DNA from: an uncultured Chloroflexia bacterium
GTDB taxonomy: Bacteria > Chloroflexota > Limnocylindria > QHBO01
DNA length: 64,000 bases
Assembly: GCA_963814375.1 (NCBI GenBank)
Contig: CAWFCQ010000004.1
Coordinates: forward strand, 224,001 to 288,000
Direction: 5' to 3'
Position numbers and translations under genes: made by a program. Positions 28,408 through 37,614 of the stretch are shown piece by piece (position 1 is the first letter of the stretch; each line of letters begins with the position of its first letter). The notes under the pieces were generated by a model. It had not been told where the DNA came from. It worked only from the letters and a program-made list of their open reading frames with translations, and searched no databases.

Positions 28408-28412
28408 GTCGG

Positions 28413-28484
28413 CCGACGAGTCGGATGGGCACGCCGACTTGCCTGACGGGATCGGAGATGGGGCACGTCTCCGGTCCCTTTTCG
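28413..28484 (+). ncRNA. Putative two-hairpin small RNA
   Basis: GAGTCGG-ATGGGCACG-CCGACTT and GGGATCGGAGATG-GGGCA-CGTCTCCGGTCCC-TTTT; repeated apical motif. Confidence 0.65.
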
Positions 28485-28503
28485 CGTCCCATTCGCGTTC
28501 CCA

Positions 28504-29130
28504 TCAGGGGCTCGCCGAGCCACTCGGCACCGGTTCGACCAGCGTGAACGTCCCCCCGGCGATCGGCGCGGCGTTGGGGTCAAGGTGGATCCGCATCTCG
28601 TAGGTCCCGGCGCCCCACGCGTCGAGTAGCGCCGCCGCTGCGACCGTGAAGCCGATCACGGTCCGATCGTCGGGGACGGTCTGCGCCTCGACCGGCGCCT
28701 GGACCTGCTCGCTGGGCGATGGATCGATGCGCTGCACCTCGACGAAGATCGCGGCCGCCGCCGGCGATCCCGCCACGGCATAGGCGAAGGTGTCGCCACG
28801 GGCGAAGCGATCGGTTTCCGAGCCGTCTGCGATGGCGCCGCTGGGGGCGAGGGCTGCGCCGAACTCGATCGGCAGCAGCTCTGCGCCGGTGCCAGCGGCG
28901 GACGGGCTCGCGCCGGGTGCGGCCGTGTCACCCTCGCCACCCAGCAGCCGCACGATCCCCGCCACGCCGAGGATGAGGACCACGGCGACCAGCCAGCCGC
29001 CGATCCGCATGGCCCGCGGCGACAGCGAGATCCGACGTCCGGGACCGGGCCGTCGCGCCATCGACCGGTTTCGGAGGGGCCGCAGACGCTGTCGGATCGC
29101 CGAGGCCTGACCGCGACTGCCGGTGCTCAT
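28504..29130 (-). CDS. Hypothetical membrane-anchored protein
   Basis: Basic N-terminus, one TM helix, beta-rich C-domain; start uncertain. Confidence 0.65.
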   Translation of the reverse strand: MSTGSRGQASAIRQRLRPLRNRSMARRPGPGRRISLSPRAMRIGGWLVAVVLILGVAGIVRLLGGEGDTAAPGASPSAAGTGAELLPIEFGAALAPSGAIADGSETDRFARGDTFAYAVAGSPAAAAIFVEVQRIDPSPSEQVQAPVEAQTVPDDRTVIGFTVAAAALLDAWGAGTYEMRIHLDPNAAPIAGGTFTLVEPVPSGSASP

Positions 29131-29176
29131 CTGCACCGTCCACTGTATCGGGGCGGTGCACGGTACGATGGGCCTC

Positions 29177-29704
29177 ATGACACGGCGGCTGTTCATCTTC
29201 GACGAACCCGATCGATTCGTGGCCGGCACGGTCGGTCAGCCCGGCGATCGGGCCTTCTACCTCCAGGCTCGGAAGGGCGGCGCGCTGGTCAGCGTCGGCA
29301 TCGAGAAGGTGCAGGTCGCCGTGCTCGCCCAGCGACTGGATGACCTGCTCGACGCCGTCGATGCGCCCGCAGGCGCCGAACCCGGCGAGGAGCACGGGCT
29401 CGAGGAGCCTGTCGTCGAGCTGTTCCGTGTCGGAGCCATGGCGCTTGCATGGGACGCGGGCACCGGCGCCGTGGTGATCGAGGCTCAGACGCCGACCGAG
29501 GACGGGGAGTACGCCGAGCTGCCTGATGACGCCGATGATGGACCCGACCTGCTCAGGGTCCGGATCGACGCAACCAACGCTCGCGGCTTCGTGCGCCGAG
29601 CTGAGGCTCTCGTGGGCGCCGGGCGCCCGGCCTGCCCGTTCTGCGGCCAGCCGCTCGACGCGCAGGGCCACTTCTGCGCGCGCGGCGACGGCCAGCTCAA
29701 CTGA
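29177..29704 (+). CDS. DUF3090 family protein
   Basis: 'GTVGQPGDRAFYLQA..EKVQV..GRPACPFCGQPLD..GHFC'. Confidence 0.88.
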   Translation: MTRRLFIFDEPDRFVAGTVGQPGDRAFYLQARKGGALVSVGIEKVQVAVLAQRLDDLLDAVDAPAGAEPGEEHGLEEPVVELFRVGAMALAWDAGTGAVVIEAQTPTEDGEYAELPDDADDGPDLLRVRIDATNARGFVRRAEALVGAGRPACPFCGQPLDAQGHFCARGDGQLN

Positions 29705-29708
29705 GCTG

Positions 29709-30302
29709 ATGGTCGAGCCGCTCGACCCACCGCTTCGGGTCGACTGGCTCGACGCCGACGACGTCGGAGACGGGCTCCCCGGCCGGCTGGGGTTGACCTT
29801 CCTTCCCGGCAAGCACGGCGCTTCGACGCGCTATCCCGGGCGCGTCTATCGCCGTGAGCTGAGCCGCGACCTGGCGAGCCTGCGTGGCTCCGGCGTGCGT
29901 CTGCTGCTCCTCCTGGTCGAGGATCACGAGCTGGAGCGCTGGGGGGAGCCGGAGATCGTCGCCCGAGCCGCTGAGGCGGGGCTGCGCATCGAGCGCCGCC
30001 CGGTGCCCGACGGTCACGCGCCGGCATCGGTCACGGAGATGGACGCGATGATCGCCACGCTGACCGGCGTGCGAAGGTCTGGCGACGTGGCGGTGGCGTG
30101 CATGGGAGGCGTGGGTCGAACCGGGATGGTCGCCGCCTGCGCGCTCGTGTCGGGCGGACGCGCCGCCGCCGACGCGATCGTCCGGGTGCGGGCGGTGCGG
30201 CATCCGACCGCCGTGGAGACGGCGGAGCAGGTCGCCTTCGTCCGTGCCTACGAAGGTCACATTGCCACGAGGGACCCTCGCTCGGGTACGGTGGCGACAT
30301 GA
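29709..30302 (+). CDS. Cys-based dual-specificity phosphatase (CDKN3-like)
   Basis: CX5R motif 'ACMGGVGRTG' and 'AVETAEQ'. Confidence 0.88.
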   Translation: MVEPLDPPLRVDWLDADDVGDGLPGRLGLTFLPGKHGASTRYPGRVYRRELSRDLASLRGSGVRLLLLLVEDHELERWGEPEIVARAAEAGLRIERRPVPDGHAPASVTEMDAMIATLTGVRRSGDVAVACMGGVGRTGMVAACALVSGGRAAADAIVRVRAVRHPTAVETAEQVAFVRAYEGHIATRDPRSGTVAT

Positions 30303-30931
30303 ACGAGCGATGGGTCTGCAAGCGCTGCTTCGCCGACAACGAGGCATCGAGCGGCGCCTGTGTGAAGTGTGGGCTGACGCGCGGCGCGGAATCGAGCGAG
30401 TCGGACCGCGCCACCTGGGTCGCGGCGTCGCCCGCGGGGGCGCCGGCCGAGCGCCCGGCCTGGCAGCGGTGGCTGCGCTACTGGTGGGTGCCGGCACTGG
30501 CGGTCGTGCTGCTGGTCGGGTATTTCGCGAGCGCCCGTCGCGGGGATGACGGCTCGCTTGAGAACGCCGGGACGCTCAGCGTCGAGGATCTCCGGACCGG
30601 TGACTGCTTCAACGGTGGGGACGAGACCGAGATCAGCGACGTGGACGGCGTGCCATGCACCGAGGCACACGAGTACGAGGTCTTCGCGGTCGCGACGCAC
30701 GAAGCCGAGTCGCTTCCGACCGATACGGAGATGGATGGCATCTTCATCTCCCGGTGCGAGCCGCCATTCGAGGCCTTCGTCGGCACCCCCTACGCCGAGT
30801 CCGAGCTCTACGGCTCGATGATCACCCCTTCGGAGGAATCCTGGAACGACGGGGACCGGAGCTTCGTCTGCATCCTCTACGACCCCGAGAATCCCGAGCT
30901 CACGTCGTCGATGCAGGGTGCGAACCGCTAG
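30299..30931 (+). CDS. RanBP2-type Zn finger + TM + septum-formation-like domain protein
   Basis: 'WVCKRCFADN..CVKCG'; 'GDCF..VPCTEAHEYEV..PSEESWNDGDR..C'. Confidence 0.8.
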   Translation: MNERWVCKRCFADNEASSGACVKCGLTRGAESSESDRATWVAASPAGAPAERPAWQRWLRYWWVPALAVVLLVGYFASARRGDDGSLENAGTLSVEDLRTGDCFNGGDETEISDVDGVPCTEAHEYEVFAVATHEAESLPTDTEMDGIFISRCEPPFEAFVGTPYAESELYGSMITPSEESWNDGDRSFVCILYDPENPELTSSMQGANR

Positions 30932-33900
30932 CGGTTTCCGCGAGCTCCGCGAACTGGCATAGCGCGTTCGCCAGCCGCATCTGCGCCGGCGTTCTGGCTC
31001 GAACCCGAAGCAGGGCGGGTTCGGCGACCACGACCGCGACACACCGCGCCCGAGAGGTGGCGACGTTGAGCCGGTTCCGGGAGTACAGGAAGCCCATGCC
31101 ACGTGGCGCGTCCTCCGGCGAGCTGGACGTCATCGAATAGATGCTGACCGGCGCCTCCTGACCCTGGAACTTGTCGACCGTGCCGACTCGCGCCTCCGGC
31201 GGCAGAAGCGCGGCGATCGCCCCGACCTGGGCGTTGTAGGGGGCGACGACGAGTACCTCGCGGTACGTGATGGGGTGTTCCAAGCCGTCCTTGTCAATCC
31301 ATGTCGATCGACTGTCGACGATGGCGCGCACGAGCCCAGCCACCTGGTGCGCTTCCTCGGCGGAGATGCTGTCAGCGCCGACGTGATCGGCCGCGACCAG
31401 GCGTATGCCGGAGCCTCGCATCGGCTCCGGGCCGAACAGGCGCTGGGTCTCCAGGTTCGGACGTGACGCGAGTTTGCGCTCGTAGAACGCAGTTGATGTA
31501 AACGCCGTTACCGCGGGATGGAGCCGCCACGTGTGCTGGAGGAACAGGCCGAGCTCCTCCGGGATCGCGTCGTGTTCGCCGAGCAGGTGTGCCAGCGCCG
31601 AGCGATCCGCACCCGGCGGGTGCGAACCCTGGAGCGGCTGCTCGAGCTGCTGCGGGTCGCCGAGGAGCACGATGGAACGCGCCCCGCCGGACATGGCCAG
31701 CACGTTGGCCAGCGACATCTGCCCGGCCTCGTCGACGAAGAGGACATCGACGATCTCGCGGCTCGTGTCGGCTGCCCACAGCCAGACCGTGCCGGCGGCA
31801 ACGTTGAATCGACCGCGGGCGAGTCCGTCCTGCACGGCCGCGTTGTCTCCCACGTGCGTCACCCGGTCGTCCTCTGCCCGCGCTGAGCCGTCCGATACCT
31901 TCTGAGCGGCGCGCACCTCGACGACGCCGGTGGCTGCGGCGAGGACCTCCTCGAGAAAGTGCGTGATCACCTTGTGGCTCATGGCGCTGATGCCGATGCT
32001 CCGTCCCTCGCCCAGAAGCCGGACCGCCATCCTCGCACCGGTGTATGTCTTGCCAGACCCCGGTGGCCCCTGGATGGCGAGGGTGCCCTCGTCAAGTGTC
32101 GTGACGAGGCGGCACGCCGCGTCGAGGCCGGACTCGCCGGGCATGCTCAGAGGGCTGTCCACGCCCCGCTCGCGCCGCGGCGGACGGCGCAGGAGGAGGT
32201 CGCGACCGGCTCTCCATGGCCCGTCAGCGTCGACTCCGTTCGCGGCCACCCACTCGCCCAATGCCAGGAGTGCCGCGCGCTGGTCCCTGTCGTTGAAGGT
32301 GTCGAGCGGGACCAGCGATTCGGGGTGCTGGGGCTCCACGCCGGGCGGCCAGTTGAGCTCGACGAACGACGCCTTGTCGTCGATCTGGTGCAGCCCACCC
32401 TTGACCAGCCACGTCTTCCATGGCTCGCCGGGGAACTGACGATGAAGCCGCGGGTCATAGAGGGCGGATCGACCGCCGATGTCGTAGTCCTGCGGCGCGA
32501 ACTGGTAGCGCCAGGTCTGGCGGAGGTTCGACCTCGGAGTCGGGCGCCATGGGTCGCCGACCGGGCCGACGAGCTCGAGCGGCCCGAGCGCCCCCTTGTC
32601 AGCGGTCAGGTCGCCCTCGTCCAGACCGAGGCGATGGAAGAACTCCCAATAGGCGACCTTGCTCTCACGCCGGTGCCACGCCAGGAGCTGAGCGAGCAGC
32701 CACCTCGCCTGCTGCTCTTCGTCGCGCTCGACAGGGTCATCGGGGACCCCGGAAGTGAGGGCCCCGGCCACCTCCTCCACACGTGCATCCGAGGCGGCCG
32801 TCGAGACCGGCGCGTCGGGAGAGACCTCCGACGGGCGCGGCACGTCCCGCCCGGTCGCCCCGCCCAGCTCGACCCGCAAAAGCTCCAACCAGTCGCGGAG
32901 GGCCAGAGTGCTACGCACGTCGTCTCGGTTGTAGGCCGCGATGGCGTCGAGGATGTCCGATGACGGACGTTCCCCGTCCGCCAGCTGGAGCCATTCCTCG
33001 AAGGCAACGATGCTCGAGCCAGCGTCGCGAAGCTCGACCTCGCGCACGAAGTCATACATCGGCTCGAGCCGCTTGATCGAATAGCTCTCGACTGAGGCCC
33101 GAAGGCCCTGGCGGACCGCTCGGAACAGGTCGACCAGGACACCGCCGCGCAGAAGTCGGTCCACCTCGTCCTCGCGAGTGGCGTGGCGACCCATGAGGCG
33201 CCTGAGGGCGGTCGGCTCGTATGGCGCGTAGTGGTAGACGTGCATGTTCGGGAAACGCTCGAGCCGATCGGTCAGGAGGTCCATCAGCCGCTCGAACGCC
33301 GCCCGCTCGCCGGCGAGCGTCACGTCGCTCGGATCGAGCGGGTCGAACGACCAGATCGCCGTGAAGGTGCCGTCCAGGTCCAGGACTCCGAACAGGTAGT
33401 CGATCCCGTCATCGAGTGCGTAGGGATCGCCTTCGAGGTCGAGGAACAGGTCGCCGGGGTCCGGCTCGGGAAGAATGGTCAGGCCTCGCTCGGGCTCGAT
33501 CTGAGCGTCGGGCTTCGGGAGCAGGAGCTCGTAGATCGGCCGTGCCAGCCCGCGACCGGCGACCTGGATGCGTGCCTGCTCGCGCACGCGCTCGATGCTG
33601 GCGGCGCTGGAGCCGTCGAGCGGTGGATCGAGCGGGATCGGCGCGGCCGCGAGGCGTTCGACCGTATCGATCTGGCGCGCGGCCAGGGCCTTGCGTTGAC
33701 GAGCGTTGATGCCGGCAACGAGGGAGAGGTGGTCGTCGTCGCGCCTCCGCTGCACGCAGAGCTCCGCCCAGCGGCACACGTCGCAGTGATCGACGGGCTC
33801 CGGGTACGTCGCAGTCGGTGGGTAGGTCGCTGGCGGAGCTGGCGCGAGATCGGTCCCCAGCACCGCCTCCTCGAAGCGGGTTCTGGCCGCGTGGTAGTAC

Positions 33901-34487
33901 GCCATGTAGTCCTCGACCCGGAGCGTGGCGGTCTCTCGCGCGCTGCCGCCGAGGACGACTCGCATCTCCTGCGGGCGCACACCTTGAATGCGCTCGAGCT
34001 GGTCGACGTACGAGCAGATCTGAAGGACCGCGCCGGCTTTGACGTGCCTGGCCAGCTTCGTGTCCGCCACTTCGTAATGGTACGGACCCCACACCGATGG
34101 GTGCTGCGGCGACTCGACGCGCAGCAGGAAGTCCGCGTAGCCCAGCCAGCGGCCGTCGAAGAAGGTGGCCTGGAACACGGCGGCGACGCCGGAGGCCATG
34201 GCATCGATCGTCTCGGCCGCCTGGAGGCGCAGACGCTCGCCGCGCTCATCGCCCTCGTGGCGATCGATCTCGGCAACGCGGAGGCCTTGCGCGCGCAGGT
34301 CGGCCAGATAGCGCGCCTCGTGCTCGAAGCCTCGCCGCCGAATGACATCCAGCTCGCGGTCCTCTCGCATCGGCCGCGCGACGAGCCCGGCAAGGGCTGC
34401 CCGCTCGAGCGCCGTGAGGTGCTCGCAGGCCAGGTAGCCGACGAGGTCAGTTGCGGAGAAGACGGGCTTGCCGTCGATGAGCTGCAT
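30900..34487 (-). CDS. TM0106-family RecB-like nuclease / SF1 helicase
   Basis: 'ADFL..EVADTKLA', RNase H-like 'DLEG..YSIK..YNRDD', GPPGSGKT, DEAGQ, TVDKFQGQE. Confidence 0.9.
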   Translation of the reverse strand: MQLIDGKPVFSATDLVGYLACEHLTALERAALAGLVARPMREDRELDVIRRRGFEHEARYLADLRAQGLRVAEIDRHEGDERGERLRLQAAETIDAMASGVAAVFQATFFDGRWLGYADFLLRVESPQHPSVWGPYHYEVADTKLARHVKAGAVLQICSYVDQLERIQGVRPQEMRVVLGGSARETATLRVEDYMAYYHAARTRFEEAVLGTDLAPAPPATYPPTATYPEPVDHCDVCRWAELCVQRRRDDDHLSLVAGINARQRKALAARQIDTVERLAAAPIPLDPPLDGSSAASIERVREQARIQVAGRGLARPIYELLLPKPDAQIEPERGLTILPEPDPGDLFLDLEGDPYALDDGIDYLFGVLDLDGTFTAIWSFDPLDPSDVTLAGERAAFERLMDLLTDRLERFPNMHVYHYAPYEPTALRRLMGRHATREDEVDRLLRGGVLVDLFRAVRQGLRASVESYSIKRLEPMYDFVREVELRDAGSSIVAFEEWLQLADGERPSSDILDAIAAYNRDDVRSTLALRDWLELLRVELGGATGRDVPRPSEVSPDAPVSTAASDARVEEVAGALTSGVPDDPVERDEEQQARWLLAQLLAWHRRESKVAYWEFFHRLGLDEGDLTADKGALGPLELVGPVGDPWRPTPRSNLRQTWRYQFAPQDYDIGGRSALYDPRLHRQFPGEPWKTWLVKGGLHQIDDKASFVELNWPPGVEPQHPESLVPLDTFNDRDQRAALLALGEWVAANGVDADGPWRAGRDLLLRRPPRRERGVDSPLSMPGESGLDAACRLVTTLDEGTLAIQGPPGSGKTYTGARMAVRLLGEGRSIGISAMSHKVITHFLEEVLAAATGVVEVRAAQKVSDGSARAEDDRVTHVGDNAAVQDGLARGRFNVAAGTVWLWAADTSREIVDVLFVDEAGQMSLANVLAMSGGARSIVLLGDPQQLEQPLQGSHPPGADRSALAHLLGEHDAIPEELGLFLQHTWRLHPAVTAFTSTAFYERKLASRPNLETQRLFGPEPMRGSGIRLVAADHVGADSISAEEAHQVAGLVRAIVDSRSTWIDKDGLEHPITYREVLVVAPYNAQVGAIAALLPPEARVGTVDKFQGQEAPVSIYSMTSSSPEDAPRGMGFLYSRNRLNVATSRARCVAVVVAEPALLRVRARTPAQMRLANALCQFAELAETASGSHPASTT

Positions 34488-34559
34488 CGGTCCAGGAACC
34501 CCCGAGAGATGCCTCCAGCCTACTGCGCCGGGAGGACAGCTCGTGTGTCGCGCTCGCCC

Positions 34560-35346
34560 TTACGGCGCTGCCGATGGGGACGGCGACGGAGCGTCGGGGA
34601 CTCGTTCGATGACGAGCGTCCACGCGCAGTCCGAGATCACGCTCACGAAGACCTGGCCGCGGATGCCCAGGGCATCGAACGAGCCGGGTTGGAGCGTGCC
34701 GGGCACGACATCGTTGCCGATCGTGGCCCGGATCGCGGGTACCGGCTGGCCGGAACCCTCGGCCAGCGACACCGCGAACGAGCAGCGAACGCCCTCGGGA
34801 TCGAGCGCGACCCAGCGGATCGCGTGATCTCCGTCGCCGATCGCGACCGGCCCGTACTCCGCGTCACCGGTCTGCGCGAAGGAGGCGAGATGGGGCGAGC
34901 CCTGGCGCACCTCACCGGTGGAGCCGAGGAACGCATCCGGCTCGAGGCCGGCCGCCACCCAACCCTCCTCGAACTCCGGATCGGCGGGATCCGCGTCCGC
35001 GAGCAGGTACCAGCCGAGCTCCTCGACCGGAAGTGGTCCCATCACCACCTCGAGTCGTCGCGTCGAGCGGCAGCAGGCCGGTGACGATCGTGCCCGAGAC
35101 GCTCGGACGCTGCCGAACCCGCAGCCCGTCGATGCGCGTCGCGACGATCTCGCCGGCGGTGAAGTCCGGCACGGCCCCGAGGTCTGGCGTCGGCGAGGGA
35201 GTGACGCTCGGCGAAGCGGTCGGAGTCGCCACCGCGGTGGGGGTCGGACTCGGCGTCACGCGCGGCGTCGGCGTCGTCAGCGCCGGGAAGGTGCACCCGC
35301 CCAGGGCCACCCCGACGAGGAGGATGAGTCCGCGACGGTTCCCCAC
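34560..35346 (-). CDS. Lipoprotein with SH3-like domain (apparent +1 frameshift near 35055)
   Basis: Lipobox LGGC, PT linker, 'LRVRQRPS...LEVVMGP..GWY..GWVA' split over two frames. Confidence 0.7.
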
Positions 35347-35364
35347 CGCGCGAAGGGTAGCCGC

Positions 35365-36384
35365 TCAGCGATCGAGGCGGGGGATCGATGCGGCCAGCAG
35401 ATCGGCGATCTCGCGCGCGTTGGTCGTGCCGTAGTTGGCGTAGCAGTTGTTCATCAGGACGTGGACCTCCGGCACCTGCTCGGCGACTTCCCGAATCCGA
35501 GGGACCCACTCGCCGAGCTCGCCCTCGTCGTAGAGGTAGCGGAAGCGCTCGACAACCGGGATCCCGCTCTTCTCCCACGTCTCGGTGCGCCGTCCGTGGA
35601 AGCGGACGACAGCCATCTTCGGCGAGGTGACGAGCGTCATCGGCGGCACGGACGACCGCGTCCCGGGTGGCGCGTCGACCATGACGAATGGGATCTCGTA
35701 CTTCGTGAAGAAGCGCGTCGTTCGGTCCTGGTTCTTCTCGTTCAACCAGCTGGCGTGTCGCAGCTCGACCGCGAACGGCGTGTCGCCGAGGCGCTCTTTC
35801 GCCTTGACGATCTCGTCGCGGGACTCGTTCGACGGGAAGAACCAGCGCGGATACTGGAGGAAGACGGCGCCGAGCTTGCCGGAGGACCGCAGCGGCTCGA
35901 TTCCGTCGAGGAACCGCGCCCAGATCTCGTCCTCGATCTCGTTCGGAAGGTCGCGGGCGTAGACACGCTTCTGCGCTGCCAGCTCGGCTGGCAGTGCCTC
36001 GCGCAGGTCCTTCGGCAGCCGCTTCGGCTCTGATGGCTGGCCGGTCATGAGGGCGTGGGCCTTGATATCGAACGTGAAGTCAGGCGGTGTGCGTTCGAGC
36101 CACAGCTCGCCGGTGTAGCGGGACGGCAGCGCGTAGTAGGTGGCGTCGACCTCGACGATCGGGAACTGGTTGGCGTAGTAGACCAGCCGATCCTCCGCGG
36201 TCGAAGCGTCGGGCGGATAGAAGACGCCGGGAGCGGTCATGGTCGGATCGGTCCACGACGCGGTCCCGATGCGGATTCGTGAATCGCCCACGACGAGCGG
36301 CTCGCGCGCGGCGGCCGCGTGCGCCTCGCCTCGCTCGCCGGCCGTCTCCGGACCAGGATCGTGAGCGGTCGTCTCCTGGTTCAT
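35365..36384 (-). CDS. DUF72 family protein
   Basis: 'IGTASW', 'VEVDATYY', 'VELRH', 'RFHGR' motifs. Confidence 0.92.
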   Translation of the reverse strand: MNQETTAHDPGPETAGERGEAHAAAAREPLVVGDSRIRIGTASWTDPTMTAPGVFYPPDASTAEDRLVYYANQFPIVEVDATYYALPSRYTGELWLERTPPDFTFDIKAHALMTGQPSEPKRLPKDLREALPAELAAQKRVYARDLPNEIEDEIWARFLDGIEPLRSSGKLGAVFLQYPRWFFPSNESRDEIVKAKERLGDTPFAVELRHASWLNEKNQDRTTRFFTKYEIPFVMVDAPPGTRSSVPPMTLVTSPKMAVVRFHGRRTETWEKSGIPVVERFRYLYDEGELGEWVPRIREVAEQVPEVHVLMNNCYANYGTTNAREIADLLAASIPRLDR

Positions 36385-36449
36385 CGGTCAATGCTACGGC
36401 TGATTGATGACGAATCCTGTCAGGTTCAGCGGCCGAACGTCTCCGAATC

Positions 36450-36591
36450 GCTCGGATTCACGCCACGTGGGCGTAATGCGCGCCGATTGCCAGCGAGCTG
36501 TCCCAATTCACATCGCGTGGGCGCCAGAGCTCGCGAGCGACGGTTCGGCGAGGGTTAACCCGCGCAACGCACACCACCTGTGAATCCGGAC
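36450..36591. repeat. Dispersed ~140-bp structured element, copy A
   Basis: ATTCAC at 36456 and 36506, CGACGGTTCG at 36538, GTGAAT at 36580. Confidence 0.7.
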
Positions 36592-36614
36592 CGCCCGGCC
36601 CCGATACCCCGTTG

Positions 36615-37055
36615 CTACGCCTGACCGAGCGCGTGGCGCACCGATGCGGTCGAGAGAACCACCATGACCGCCGCCGCCAGCGCGAACCCGACCAGGTAGA
36701 GCGGGTGCCATTCAGCGACCAGCACGGCGATCCCGATCCCGATCGCCACCATCACCTGGATCACCGCGGCGAGCGTCCAGGAAGAAGGCCGTCGTCGCCG
36801 CGCTCCGCGCGAGGCGACCAGGGCGAGGATTCCGACGATCAGGGCGCCCGCGGCGCCAAAGCGGATCGCGTCTTCGCTCGACGGCGCGCCGCTGGCGGCC
36901 GCGGCGTCACGCACCTCGGCCGCGATCAGGCTGAGGAAGATCGCGACCACCAGCCCGCCGATGGCCTCGGCGATGAGGAGCGCTCGGAGCAGCCCGATCA
37001 TTGGCACCCGTGCGGTGGCCGGAGCGCTCGAGGCAGCCGCGTCGATCGCGTTCAT
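36615..37055 (-). CDS. 4-TM hypothetical membrane protein
   Basis: Hydrophobic ORF; TAGGCT upstream. Confidence 0.7.
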   Translation of the reverse strand: MNAIDAAASSAPATARVPMIGLLRALLIAEAIGGLVVAIFLSLIAAEVRDAAAASGAPSSEDAIRFGAAGALIVGILALVASRGARRRRPSSWTLAAVIQVMVAIGIGIAVLVAEWHPLYLVGFALAAAVMVVLSTASVRHALGQA

Positions 37056-37089
37056 GGATGGCGCAGCCTAGCCCATCGGCATCCAGATG

Positions 37090-37105
37090 GGGCATCGGAC
37101 GTGCA
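37090..37105 (+). promoter_or_regulatory. Candidate sigma54-type promoter (leaderless)
   Basis: GGGCAT-CGGAC-GTGCA; ATG at 37117. Confidence 0.5.
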
Positions 37106-37116
37106 TGGGCGTCGGC

Positions 37117-37614
37117 ATGGCACGCGTGACCCGACTCCCACCACGGTCCGGCTACCGGCCTCGCGAGCAGTCGGAGGTCGAGCTCATGGCGTGGCTGCTC
37201 GACAACAGCATTCCGGTGCCGCTGACCGGTGGGCGGCGCGTGGGCATCGACGGCATCATCGGCTTCGTTCCCCTCGTCGGCGACATCGCGAGCGCCGGGA
37301 TGGGGCTCTTCCTCGTATGGCGGGCATCGAGGATGGGGCTGCCGCGCATCGTGATCGCACGAATGCTCGTGAACACCGGCATCGACACGCTCATCGGCCT
37401 CATTCCGTTCGCCGGCGACGCCTTCGACCTGTGGTTCAAGTCCAACACCCGCAACATCGGCATGATGCGACGCCATGTGTCGCTGCCGGACGCCTCGACG
37501 CGCGAGGACTGGATCGGCATGGGCGCCCTGATTGGCGCGGTCATCGGCGTGCTCGCGCTGGTCGGCTGGATCATCTACTCCGTGATCTCGAGCCTCATCG
37601 GACTGCTGATCTGA
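37117..37614 (+). CDS. DUF4112 family membrane protein
   Basis: 'LLD..GIDGIIGFVPLVGD..RMLVN..IPFAGD.FD..KSN.RN'. Confidence 0.88.
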   Translation: MARVTRLPPRSGYRPREQSEVELMAWLLDNSIPVPLTGGRRVGIDGIIGFVPLVGDIASAGMGLFLVWRASRMGLPRIVIARMLVNTGIDTLIGLIPFAGDAFDLWFKSNTRNIGMMRRHVSLPDASTREDWIGMGALIGAVIGVLALVGWIIYSVISSLIGLLI

